A stretch of 64,000 nt of DNA from contig RFNO01000106.1 of the NCBI GenBank assembly GCA_009927165.1, forward strand, positions 3,409-67,408, read 5' to 3'. The notes beneath the pieces are model-generated. The model made no database searches. It was given only the letters and a program-made list of their open reading frames with translations, and was not told the origin of the DNA. Within the stretch, counting starts at the first letter, position 1; each line of letters begins with the position of its first letter. The stretch comes from Pseudomonadota bacterium (lineage in GTDB: Bacteria; Bdellovibrionota; FAC87; UBA2466). Shown in pieces: positions 47,990 through 57,066 of this stretch. The position numbers and the translations under genes are program-made.

Positions 47990-49141
47990 TCAGCTCGGAT
48001 GGGTGTGGTTTTCAGTGGGTGATGTTGCATTTTCCAAGTGATGAGTCCAAGCTTGCTCTGTAAAACGTCTCAGCTGAATGATGAATTGCTCTCTTGAAAA
48101 AAGAGCAGCTCTTTTTAAACACTGTTCTTTTGAATTCATTTTGAGAGATTCAAATTCCAGGATTGCACTGACCAACCCATCTACGGTTTGATCGTTAAAG
48201 AAGATACCGGTTTCACCAGCGATAACAGTTTCCGTTACGCCTCCTTGATTGAAGGCAATTACTGGCGTCCCCGAAGCCATTGCTTCTAAGGGAGTAATTC
48301 CAAAGTCTTCTTGACCTGGAAAAATCAACGCTTTTGCACCGGCATACATTTCGGTGAGTACTTTAAGAGGAGCTTTTCCCAGGAATTCCGTAGTAGGACC
48401 TGCCAGACTCTTCAATTTAGCTTCGTCTTGACCTCCGCCAATGATCACTAACCTTCGCCCTAATCTTTGGCATGCTTGAATGGCCAAATCCACTCTTTTG
48501 TACGGAGCAAACGCTGAGACAATCAAGTAATAGTTTCCTTTTTCTCCCGCTGCTGGACGAAAGTGTTCCAAATTCACAAAAGGATAAATAACAAAAGCTT
48601 CTCTACGATAGTATTTCTTTATCCGTTGCTTAACCCAACGAGAGAGGGTTAAAAAATAATCCACGCGAGCACTGCTGGAGACATCCCACATTCTCAGGTA
48701 ATGCAAAAAAGGGTAAATGAAAGGTTGAAGAAAGCTTTTTGCAAAATAATCAGAGTATCGATCCCAAGCGTACCGCATTGGAGTGAATGAATAACAAATA
48801 TGTAGGGCATTAGGGCGTGGAATGATCCCTTTGGCGACACAGTGGCTAGTTGAAATAACTAAATCAAATTCCTGAACATCGATTTTTTCGATAGCCATTG
48901 GAAATAAAGGTAACAGAAAGCGATAAAATCTCTGGGCGCCGGGAATGGAGTTTAAAAAGGAAGTGTGAATAGGCCGATTTTCAATTCTGGAATTGAGAGT
49001 GCCCGGGGTATAGAAAAGAGTAAAAAGTTCAGCTTGTGGAAAAACTTCCAAAACTGCATCCAATACTTGCTCTCCGCCGCGAAAGCCATTGAGCCAGTCA
49101 TGAACTACTGCAACTCTAAGTTGATTAAGATTAGTAAGCAT
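47990..49141 (-). CDS. GT4 glycosyltransferase (WbaZ-like)
   Basis: VAVVHDWL..RGGE, TPMRYAWD, PYKRVDLAI, EDFGITPLEAMASG. Confidence 0.9.
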   Translation of the reverse strand: MLTNLNQLRVAVVHDWLNGFRGGEQVLDAVLEVFPQAELFTLFYTPGTLNSRIENRPIHTSFLNSIPGAQRFYRFLLPLFPMAIEKIDVQEFDLVISTSHCVAKGIIPRPNALHICYSFTPMRYAWDRYSDYFAKSFLQPFIYPFLHYLRMWDVSSSARVDYFLTLSRWVKQRIKKYYRREAFVIYPFVNLEHFRPAAGEKGNYYLIVSAFAPYKRVDLAIQACQRLGRRLVIIGGGQDEAKLKSLAGPTTEFLGKAPLKVLTEMYAGAKALIFPGQEDFGITPLEAMASGTPVIAFNQGGVTETVIAGETGIFFNDQTVDGLVSAILEFESLKMNSKEQCLKRAALFSREQFIIQLRRFTEQAWTHHLENATSPTENHTHPS

Positions 49142-50558
49142 TGCGATTCACGAATCCTTTAAAAAAAGTGAGGAGTAAAATTTTGATGTCTAAAAGCAGA
49201 GACCAGTTTCGAATGTAAAAAAGATCGTGATTGATTCGCTCTTCAATAGAGGTGTTGCCCCTCCAGCCATTAATTTGAGCCCACCCTGTAATGCCTGATC
49301 TCATCTGATGTCTCAGCATGTACTTAGGAACACTCTCTCGGAACTGTTCCACAAAAAATGGTCTTTCGGGTCGAGGCCCTACTAAGCTCATATCTCCCCG
49401 AAGGACGTTAAAGAACTGGGGAATTTCATCCAAACTGGTTCTTCTTAAAAAGCGTCCCAGATAAGTAACTCGCGTATCGTTCTCGACTGCCCATACAGCC
49501 CCCGTGGACTCTTCGGCATCAGTCTGCATGGTGCGAAATTTATACATTAAGAAAAGTTTGCCGTCGGCACCCATTCTCTCTTGAGAATAGAAAACTGGAC
49601 CTTTGGATGAAAGTTTCACCAAGACACCGATGAATAAATAAAGGGGGCTGCAGAGAACTAGAAAACCTAAAGAACCCAAGATATCCAAAAAACGCTTGAG
49701 AGCTTTATCGGTTCCCCCTAAAGGGGAAGTATTAAATTGAAGAAGGGGAATGCCAAAATCATGGCCGGCCTGATAAGTGAAAGTACTGTATTTTCCAAAA
49801 TCAGGAATGACTTTTACGCTCGCTAGTTCGTTAGATAACTGACGAAGAAGAGGTTCGTAATGTCCAGGGTCTTTTGAGGGATAAGAAAGCACTACTTGAT
49901 CAACCGGTTGACCGCGAATGACTGAAAGTAGTTCTGTTTCTTCTCCGAGGTATTTAACGCCCATGGAGTCATTTTCGGAACTGCGAGGGCCAAGCCGGCC
50001 CAACCAGTGAATGGGGTAGTCGCTCATTCTTTCCATTTCGCTTCGATAGACTTGTAGAGTGTCTCCATACCCGATGAGCAGAGTTTTAATTGGCGTCAAT
50101 AAGCGAGCCATTAAAAATTGCCAAATGAGTTCGAGAAAAAATCTCTCAACTAAAACGGCAGCTAAACTGAGAGCACAAAAAAGAGACAAGTACAGTCTAG
50201 AAAATCGATAGAGTTCTGTGAAATAAAGATAAGCAACCAGCACGAGTGTCCCTAAGACGACCCCCTGACACACTTTCTTAGAGGCTCTAAAACCAAAGCG
50301 AACTCTATCTCGCCGATAGGCTCCCACAGCATGAAACATGACGCAAAATATCACCGCGAGCGGATAAGAGATCAAAGCATAGGTTTCAAATTGAGGGATG
50401 CCATGAGTCATGGGGAAAATCTTACTGTAAAAACGTAAGTCCCAAGTCAGGCACCAAATCGCTACGACAGTGGCGATATCTGCCAACTTCACGGCTAAAG
50501 TGAATAAGAAAAGGGCTTGAGGGTATTGCATAGAAAACCGCGGCATCTTAACGTCCAA
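49131..50558 (-). CDS. wcaJ: Undecaprenyl-phosphate glucose phosphotransferase (WcaJ-like)
   Basis: KRFLDI, KFRTM, LRRTSLDEIPQFFNVL.GDMSLVGPRPE, GITGWAQING. Confidence 0.85.
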   Translation of the reverse strand: MDVKMPRFSMQYPQALFLFTLAVKLADIATVVAIWCLTWDLRFYSKIFPMTHGIPQFETYALISYPLAVIFCVMFHAVGAYRRDRVRFGFRASKKVCQGVVLGTLVLVAYLYFTELYRFSRLYLSLFCALSLAAVLVERFFLELIWQFLMARLLTPIKTLLIGYGDTLQVYRSEMERMSDYPIHWLGRLGPRSSENDSMGVKYLGEETELLSVIRGQPVDQVVLSYPSKDPGHYEPLLRQLSNELASVKVIPDFGKYSTFTYQAGHDFGIPLLQFNTSPLGGTDKALKRFLDILGSLGFLVLCSPLYLFIGVLVKLSSKGPVFYSQERMGADGKLFLMYKFRTMQTDAEESTGAVWAVENDTRVTYLGRFLRRTSLDEIPQFFNVLRGDMSLVGPRPERPFFVEQFRESVPKYMLRHQMRSGITGWAQINGWRGNTSIEERINHDLFYIRNWSLLLDIKILLLTFFKGFVNRNAY

Positions 50559-50659
50559 GCGCCTTAGCGCACAACTCTTGTTTTTTATTTGATTGGCTAG
50601 GTAAAAACCTTATAATAATAAAGTACTTAGACAGTTGTTCTTTGCCCCAAGGAGGGACT

Positions 50660-50935
50660 GTGACCAAATCAGAGCTCATTGAAACTATTGCTCGAAAAGC
50701 TAATCTAACCAAGAAAAAAGCTGAGGAATTAGTAAATACCATTTTTGACGGGTTTTTTATGTCGATGGTGAAGGGGGACCGTATTGAAATCCGTGGCTTT
50801 GGAAGCTGGTTTGTAAAAAGTTACAAATCCTATGTGGGTCGAAACCCCAAAACAGGAGCAGATGTCTTTGTTCCTGAAAAGAAATTGCCCTTTTTTAAAG
50901 TAGGAAAAGAACTCAAGAAGCGAATCGATTCCTAA
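50660..50935 (+). CDS. Integration host factor / HU-family DNA-binding protein (IHF-beta-like)
   Basis: GTG start after AGGAGG; TKSELI, RIEIRGFGS, GRNPKTG, PFFKVGKELK. Confidence 0.92.
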   Translation: MTKSELIETIARKANLTKKKAEELVNTIFDGFFMSMVKGDRIEIRGFGSWFVKSYKSYVGRNPKTGADVFVPEKKLPFFKVGKELKKRIDS

Positions 50936-50951
50936 AGGTTTAAGAGCAAAT

Positions 50952-50992
50952 AAAAAGGCCGTCGCTCGAAGCGACGGCCTTTCTTGTTTTTT
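50952..50992. terminator. Bidirectional terminator
   Basis: AAAGGCCGTCGC-tcgaa-GCGACGGCCTTT, flanked by A and T runs, between convergent genes. Confidence 0.88.
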
Positions 50993-50997
50993 CAATC

Positions 50998-51633
50998 TTA
51001 AACAGTTTGTCCGACTTTGAATCCCATCCGAATCATTCCCCACATAATAAATACAGAGAATGCGGCAACGACTGCAAATATCGTCCAACTAAAGTAGCCC
51101 ATATTATTAGGACCAATCATACAGAACAACATGGGCCCGGATAAGTAAGCATTGGTTCTAGAAAAGAGAAGAGCTCGTTTAGCTAAAGCAGGCATTTCTG
51201 CAGGGCTTTGGCCTTCTTTAACCCAAGTAATAATCTGTCTTTGAGCAGGCCAAATCACAAACCAAACGTTGAACCACATGATCGTGCCCAGAGTAGACCC
51301 CATCATGATCCATTGAGCTCTCCCAGACATGCCGCCTTCGGTATCTCTCCACAGGTTCCCCTCGGAGCCAGGAAGTCCGTATTTGGAAAAGAGAAGAATG
51401 AGACCCACTACAAAAGTCACCATAGCTCCCCATCGAAACCACCAAAGAGCTCGAGGAAGAAGTTGTGGATTCACTTTGGGTTTTACTTCTTTATCAAGCA
51501 CTCCCTGAAGAGGCACATTCACAAAGTTAAAGAAGTACAAGTGACCAATCCAAATAATTCCGGCAAAAATATGAATCCAACGAAGTAAAAATAGCCAAGC
51601 GGTGAAGAGGTCTGTCTCTAAATTGATTCCCAT
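50998..51633 (-). CDS. PuuD/DUF989 (Urate_ox_N)-like membrane protein lacking a cytochrome c domain
   Basis: RWIHIFAGIIWIG, WFRWGA, GTIMWFNVWFVIWPAQ, SRTN.YLS.P; no CxxCH. Confidence 0.75.
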   Translation of the reverse strand: MGINLETDLFTAWLFLLRWIHIFAGIIWIGHLYFFNFVNVPLQGVLDKEVKPKVNPQLLPRALWWFRWGAMVTFVVGLILLFSKYGLPGSEGNLWRDTEGGMSGRAQWIMMGSTLGTIMWFNVWFVIWPAQRQIITWVKEGQSPAEMPALAKRALLFSRTNAYLSGPMLFCMIGPNNMGYFSWTIFAVVAAFSVFIMWGMIRMGFKVGQTV

Positions 51634-51818
51634 ATGATGCATTCTCCTATTGTAAAAAAAACCTATTAAATTTGACCATCGATTGGTCGTTAAAGCAACT
51701 GGAAAGCCGCTTATCTTACAAGAATAATTCAAGAAAAAATTAAAATCGAATGCGAAAAGTAAGCGAAAGTTTTATTGGGAACTTCTGTCAAAACCGAAAC
51801 AGGAAAAAACGATCTGAA

Positions 51819-51949
51819 AATCAAACGCTTAGAAAAAACTCAAGTTTCCTGAGTGGAGGTTCTGCACTTGTATAAATTCAGTGCAGATTGAAAAATCAAT
51901 CACTTAGAGTGAATACAAGAAGAATTCACCGTTTGGCAAAGAGTATGCA
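51819..51949 (+). promoter_or_regulatory. Sigma54 promoter with two IHF sites
   Basis: IHF consensus WATCAANNNNTTR at 51819-31 and 51894-906; inverted repeat TCTGCACT/AGTGCAGA at 51861-88; TGGCAAAGAGTATGCA at 51934-49. Confidence 0.75.
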
Positions 51950-51984
51950 CTCTCGGAGTGTAAGGAAAAAGGTTTTCGGGGACT

Positions 51985-52812
51985 ATGACGGGGTTATCTT
52001 CCACAATTTATCGCTTTCTCAATCTGAGAATCATTGCGAGCGGAGTAGTTCTTCTGGGCTTGAGTCTTTCGACATCAGTCCGAGCAGAGAATGGGGAAGT
52101 GCTCTTTGGGGCAGCTGCTATTACAGCTTCAGTGAGCGCTATGGTGGCCCCCGGGATCATGTCCCAAGCTCAAACCCAAGTGAAACAAATTCAAGCTCAA
52201 ACAGCGACCCAAATTACGGGAATGAATGCTCAAGCAGCCCTTTATCAAGCAAAAATTCAGTCCGATTTAGCCTTGTCACAAGCATTTTTGGCTCGAGACC
52301 AAGCTTTTTATGTACAACAGAGTCAAACGAGAGACTTAGTCAGTCAGCTTCAGTTTTTAGCCTATAACCGAGCTCTGGATAACCAATTGGAAAGAGAAAG
52401 CATGGCCCGAGACATGGCAGTTCAACAAGCTTATCTCGGTTTAGAGTCCAAGCGGATGTATCTGAATCAAATTCTTGCAGAAACCAGTATGCTCACTGGA
52501 GGTAGCCCAGCTCTTTTACCTGCGCAGGCTACTGCCAATATCAACGCTTCAACTCCCCCAGCTACGACCGCTAACCTGTCAGCTTTGAGTGCGAATTCAA
52601 CCTCAACCCCAAGTTATGGGTTAAGGGGGATCGTGGGAAGCGGTCTTTCCAGTGGTTCCACTCGAGGTCGCAGGTTTGTCAGTGATTTGAGTTCGTTTAG
52701 CGCTTCTATTTTTCCCAATGCGAGCTACCAGGAGCCTGAAGGTATTCCTCACGCCCAGCGCGGACGAGGCATTCGCAGCTTAGCTTCTGAGCCTAGCCAC
52801 CACCGTCGTTAA
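51985..52812 (+). CDS. Exported Gln/Ala-rich hendecad coiled-coil protein (paralog A)
   Basis: Signal peptide ending VRA; GEVLFGAAAI hydrophobic segment; 11-aa repeats; low-complexity tail. Confidence 0.8.
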   Translation: MTGLSSTIYRFLNLRIIASGVVLLGLSLSTSVRAENGEVLFGAAAITASVSAMVAPGIMSQAQTQVKQIQAQTATQITGMNAQAALYQAKIQSDLALSQAFLARDQAFYVQQSQTRDLVSQLQFLAYNRALDNQLERESMARDMAVQQAYLGLESKRMYLNQILAETSMLTGGSPALLPAQATANINASTPPATTANLSALSANSTSTPSYGLRGIVGSGLSSGSTRGRRFVSDLSSFSASIFPNASYQEPEGIPHAQRGRGIRSLASEPSHHRR

Positions 52813-52946
52813 GTCTGAAGACAAATCAAAAAACCCAATCCAGTAACATATTGAATTTAAATGACATATCCCGTGTTCCAATGGGGTGTCAAAACCCACT
52901 ACAAAAAAGATATAATAATTATAATCACTTAGATGATGTGAGGACT

Positions 52947-53055
52947 TGTATTCTAAAACTTTTCCACCTGTATTCTAAAAATACGGAGGTTTAGGTGAGT
53001 TAAATCAAATAGTTAGGCTTGATTTACCAACATAATCTTTGGCAAGGCCTATGCA
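52947..53055 (+). promoter_or_regulatory. Sigma54 promoter with IHF site and tandem candidate activator sites
   Basis: Direct repeat TGTATTCTAAAA at 52947 and 52969 (22-bp period); IHF AATCAAATAGTTA at 53003-15; TGGCAAGGCCTATGCA at 53040-55. Confidence 0.75.
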
Positions 53056-53084
53056 CTCTGTACGAGTAGGCAGGTCATAAAAGA

Positions 53085-55028
53085 ATGCAACTTGAGAAAC
53101 ACAATCTGAAGTTTCATTGGGTGAAAAATCCCAAAGCCTTTCATAAAGGCCTTACTGCAGTGCTTATGTTTTCTCTAATTTCTCCGTCTCCGGTTTGGGC
53201 GGACAGTGATTCTCAAACCCGAGCTATTGCTGCCAATTCCTCGGTTTCAGGACTGATGGGGGCAATTGAAAATTTGAACCAAGCGATGCGAACCGCAGCT
53301 GTGAATCCCATGGATGACTGGCGTCGTGAAGAAGTCAGAAAGGCGATGAGCGCCATTCCCAGTGCTTATACCACTCTTGCTGGTACTTTTTCCGCAAGTG
53401 TTTTAGGTAATTCTTCCCTTCCAGTTGTGCAAGCCATGGCAGCTGCTGCAGTGGATCAAGAAGCTCCTCATTCATTTGAAAAGTTTTTAAAAGAGTCTCC
53501 CAAAGCATTAACTCCCAGCCAGGAAGTGGATTTTTCTTTAGCTCATCCAGTGAGCGCCCAAGAAAATAACGTCTCCATGAAAGCAGTATTGAGCAATCCA
53601 TTAAAAGCAGCTGAAGCAGCTTCCGACAGAGCTGATCTTGCCAATTTGAGCAGGCCTCGGTCAGAAGCTTTGCCAGAGCGTTTATCCAGTTTTTCAAAGG
53701 AACCTGTTTCAGAACGTCCCTCAGAAACAGCTGCTTCTGAAAGTGCAGTAGCTCAGTTGGGAAGCGACTTAGCAACCGTAGAAGCCAATTTGAAAACAAG
53801 AACCCCTGCCTCTTCTGAAAATGAAGCAGCAGCTGCTACCAGTGCAGAAAGCTTTGCTAAAGACGAAGCCAAAGAAGAAAGTGTTGAGAAAAATTCCAAG
53901 AGCCGAAAAGCTGCTTCTAAACGTAAAGTTTCCAGTCGAGTCAGAAAGCCGACTTCCTGGCTTTTAGCACCGATGTTTTACTTAGCAGATTGGACTGTGT
54001 CTAATCACGAAGCCTTAGCTGAAACCCCAATTGCTCCTGGAGCTCCTGGGCAAGGTCCGCAAAGTGCCGCTAATCCTTCTGGGGAAGGTGGAGGCGGTGC
54101 CGGTGAACTTCTGTTTGGAGTGGCGGCTATTATGGGCGCAGTTGCTCCTATGGTAGTAGCTAGCCAGCAAGCCAATGCGCAAAAGCAGCAAGCTCAGATT
54201 GAAGCCAATGCGCAAATTCAGCAAACTCAAATTCAGACGCAAACTTCCAAAGATTTGGCTCAATTAAGTGCTCAAACTGCCATGGCTCAAGCCGATGCTT
54301 CTCGCCAAGTGGCACAAATGAACAACGATGCTCAAACTCAACGATTACAACTGAATTTAGCAGCAGCCCAAGCTCAACGAGATGAAGAGAGACAAGCTAA
54401 AGTTGAACAACAGAATTATCAAAGGCAGCTAGAGGCTCAAAGACTTGCAATTGCCGATCGTCAAGCCAACGAGAGTATTCGACTTGCTCAAGAGAATTTA
54501 GAAGCACAAAAATTAAGAATGGCTTTAGGTCTCTCAGATCAAACCAATCAGACTGGAGGACGCACTCTGCAGTCGATGACTGCAAACTCTCAATCAGTCA
54601 GTCCTCTAGTAGCAGCTTTAGGATTGCAAAGCACCGATAATACCCAATCTGATTCCTTAGCTGCAGCTGGAAGTGCTTCAGCAAGAAGGTTATTAGCAGC
54701 AGTGGATTCTTCTGTAGATGATTTGGAAAAGAGCGTAGGAGCCAACCAAAATCAATCGAGTTTGTTTTCAGCAAAAAACGTTCAAAACTCAAGAGCACGA
54801 GCTTTAACGACCTCAAGAGGGTTATACCGAAGTGGACTTTCTCCAGTTGCTGGTGGTTCTTTTGCAGCAGAAAAAAATCTGACCAGTCTTACTTCAATGA
54901 GCGATTTATCTCAGTTTGCATCCGAAGTCCCGGCGCAACCGATTTCAGATAACAGTTTTGCCCAGGACAGAAATTCAAGAATCCAATCATTAGGCACTAC
55001 TGCCCATGGATTTTCCGGAAGCAGATAA
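53085..55028 (+). CDS. Exported Gln/Ala/Ser-rich protein with an internal hendecad coiled-coil domain (paralog B)
   Basis: Signal peptide ending VWA; GELLFGVAAI segment at about aa 340, then ANAQKQQAQIE-type repeats. Confidence 0.8.
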   Translation: MQLEKHNLKFHWVKNPKAFHKGLTAVLMFSLISPSPVWADSDSQTRAIAANSSVSGLMGAIENLNQAMRTAAVNPMDDWRREEVRKAMSAIPSAYTTLAGTFSASVLGNSSLPVVQAMAAAAVDQEAPHSFEKFLKESPKALTPSQEVDFSLAHPVSAQENNVSMKAVLSNPLKAAEAASDRADLANLSRPRSEALPERLSSFSKEPVSERPSETAASESAVAQLGSDLATVEANLKTRTPASSENEAAAATSAESFAKDEAKEESVEKNSKSRKAASKRKVSSRVRKPTSWLLAPMFYLADWTVSNHEALAETPIAPGAPGQGPQSAANPSGEGGGGAGELLFGVAAIMGAVAPMVVASQQANAQKQQAQIEANAQIQQTQIQTQTSKDLAQLSAQTAMAQADASRQVAQMNNDAQTQRLQLNLAAAQAQRDEERQAKVEQQNYQRQLEAQRLAIADRQANESIRLAQENLEAQKLRMALGLSDQTNQTGGRTLQSMTANSQSVSPLVAALGLQSTDNTQSDSLAAAGSASARRLLAAVDSSVDDLEKSVGANQNQSSLFSAKNVQNSRARALTTSRGLYRSGLSPVAGGSFAAEKNLTSLTSMSDLSQFASEVPAQPISDNSFAQDRNSRIQSLGTTAHGFSGSR

Positions 55029-55061
55029 AGATTTTAGTAGGGTCCGAGTTACTGGGGTAAT

Positions 55062-55096
55062 AAGGCGCACATCTCCTCAAGAGAATGCGCCTTTTT
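55062..55096 (+). terminator. Rho-independent terminator
   Basis: AAGGCGCA...TCTC-ctcaa-GAGA...TGCGCCTT followed by a T run. Confidence 0.7.
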
Positions 55097-56090
55097 AATT
55101 GCAATTTGAAGGCATAATTTGCCGATAAAGTTCTCGATAAGTAGCAGCAGTAGCAAGAGGCTCATATAAGCCTTTGTTCTTTAATTGCTCCACCACTCTT
55201 TCTGTTTCCTGCTTCAATGAACCCATATCACTTTGATTAATTAAGAATCGAGCGAGGCTTAAGGATGTTTGCGGCAAGAGCTCATTCAAGCTCTGGTTTT
55301 CCTCTGGGAAAACAGTCGGAATTCTGTAAAAAAGACTTTCCAGCGCCAAAGTCCCCCACTCAAAAGGCTTCGAACAAAGATAAAAACACAGTTTAGCATT
55401 CGACAGAAGGGCTATCCAAGTTTGAGGACTCAGTTCTTCCTGGGGCCGGACAGAAACGATTTTTGGCTGAAGCTTGGGAAAACGGGTTTTAACGACTCCC
55501 GCTAATTTTTTTAGATTTAAAGTATTTTCTTTGTCGCCAACTAGAAAAAGAACCGTTTCTTTGTCCGCTGCTTTTAATTCCTGGAAATGCACGAATCTTC
55601 TTACGGAAGGTTGAGCGATAAAAATTCGTTCTTTAGCAATTTGATACCGGTTGTGAAGCAATTCCAAATCTTTGTGTGAAGGAACTGCAAAATACTGGTT
55701 AGGCCTTCGAGTGATAAAAAAAGGAAGCTTTTTTTCCGGGGGTAACACAGTTGTGAGGGTAGAAACTGAGCAAGCGACGTTAATTTGATCAATGGCACGA
55801 AATCGATGAAAAAAACTAATTCCAGCGGTTTTTACGAACTCTTTTTCCCACATCCAATAGAGTGGAGAATTCCCAATTTTTCGCTTGGTTTCGTATCTTC
55901 TCAGTTGACCACTAAACACTTGGCCCGGATGACTAAGAAGAACAGTTCGGTGTTTTTGAATCCACTCGCTTGCTTCCTCTTCCCCATTGGCCGCAACCAA
56001 TTGGTCGATTAATTCTTGGGCAATAACTCCCGTTTGCGGAAGTTCAAGGGCCGTTCGTCCGTCGATACAAAGTCTTGGAGTGTGTTGCAT
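55095..56090 (-). CDS. Hypothetical protein, divergent GT-B/GT4-like fold
   Basis: N-terminal CIDGR...TGV, AVPS, and FEWGTLALESL..RIP, resembling the GT4 E-G-x4-E region. Confidence 0.45.
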   Translation of the reverse strand: MQHTPRLCIDGRTALELPQTGVIAQELIDQLVAANGEEEASEWIQKHRTVLLSHPGQVFSGQLRRYETKRKIGNSPLYWMWEKEFVKTAGISFFHRFRAIDQINVACSVSTLTTVLPPEKKLPFFITRRPNQYFAVPSHKDLELLHNRYQIAKERIFIAQPSVRRFVHFQELKAADKETVLFLVGDKENTLNLKKLAGVVKTRFPKLQPKIVSVRPQEELSPQTWIALLSNAKLCFYLCSKPFEWGTLALESLFYRIPTVFPEENQSLNELLPQTSLSLARFLINQSDMGSLKQETERVVEQLKNKGLYEPLATAATYRELYRQIMPSNCN

Positions 56091-56178
56091 GTCCCTATTA
56101 AAGCATTGGAAAACGAGGAATTCAACGCCTCTTGGCAAAACCTGTAACAAGACGTTTTCACCGGCTTTTTTTTGCGTG

Positions 56179-57066
56179 ATGGTCCTTTCATTAGCGCTCT
56201 TAGCCGTTGTTGGTCATCGTTGTCATCAGAGGTATTTTTCCCAGCAAGCCAGCATCCTATTTTGGGATGTCGGGCAAGGAGATTCACAGCTCATAAGCTT
56301 ACCGTTTGGTAAAAACTACCTATTAGATACTGGAGGAGGAAGAGCTAATCGTCGAATCGGAAACGAGCTCTTTTTGGAGTTGAGTCGAAAAGGCATTTTA
56401 CGGTTGCAAGCTCTCCTGGTGAGTCATCCCGATGAGGATCACGCTTCAGGGGCCCTAGAGCTCTTTCGTCACTTAGTAGTTGATGAATTGTGGCTGCATT
56501 CTGGCTTCAAAGAAGAGGATAGAAAAAGTAGGCTGTTAACACAGCTTCGCGCTGATACGAAGAGCCGAGCTATACCTATTCGTGAGTTTTCGTCAACCGA
56601 AGTAATTTCTGGAAAAAATTTTCATTTAAAAGTAGTGCCTCTTTTTTCAAAAAAAGGAGTTCACTCAAACAATACCGTACTGGTTACCGAGCTCGAAGTG
56701 TATGGGTGTCGCTTTTTGTTTTTGGGGGATCTTGAGAAGGAAGGAGAAATGGATTTGACTCGGTTAATTCGTCCGGACGTTACCGTATTGAAAGTAGGCC
56801 ACCACGGAAGCCTTACGTCGAGTTCGCTTCCCTTTGTCCGATACTTAAATCCTCGCTATGCGATTATTTCGGTGGGGCAGGGAAATCCTTATGGCCACCC
56901 TCGCAAAGAAGTGATTGCGCGCTTTCAGGACCAAGGAGCCCAAGTCCTACGTACGGATTTTCATGGTTATGTTGAATTTAAAATTAGCCCAGAAGGTAAA
57001 CTTGCTTGTTACAACGCTTTGGGTTCTTGTGGAACCTATTTTTGTCGGCAGCCCGAAACAAACTAA
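56179..57066 (+). CDS. Stand-alone ComEC/Rec2 metallo-beta-lactamase domain protein
   Basis: [49 protein letters not shown]. Start codon uncertain. Confidence 0.85.
   Translation: MVLSLALLAVVGHRCHQRYFSQQASILFWDVGQGDSQLISLPFGKNYLLDTGGGRANRRIGNELFLELSRKGILRLQALLVSHPDEDHASGALELFRHLVVDELWLHSGFKEEDRKSRLLTQLRADTKSRAIPIREFSSTEVISGKNFHLKVVPLFSKKGVHSNNTVLVTELEVYGCRFLFLGDLEKEGEMDLTRLIRPDVTVLKVGHHGSLTSSSLPFVRYLNPRYAIISVGQGNPYGHPRKEVIARFQDQGAQVLRTDFHGYVEFKISPEGKLACYNALGSCGTYFCRQPETN

Noticed and set aside
51985-55028. Integrated microvirus prophage as the source of the H-like proteins
   Set aside because: No major capsid or rolling-circle Rep gene is adjacent, and both proteins have Sec-type signal peptides and host-type sigma54/IHF promoters.
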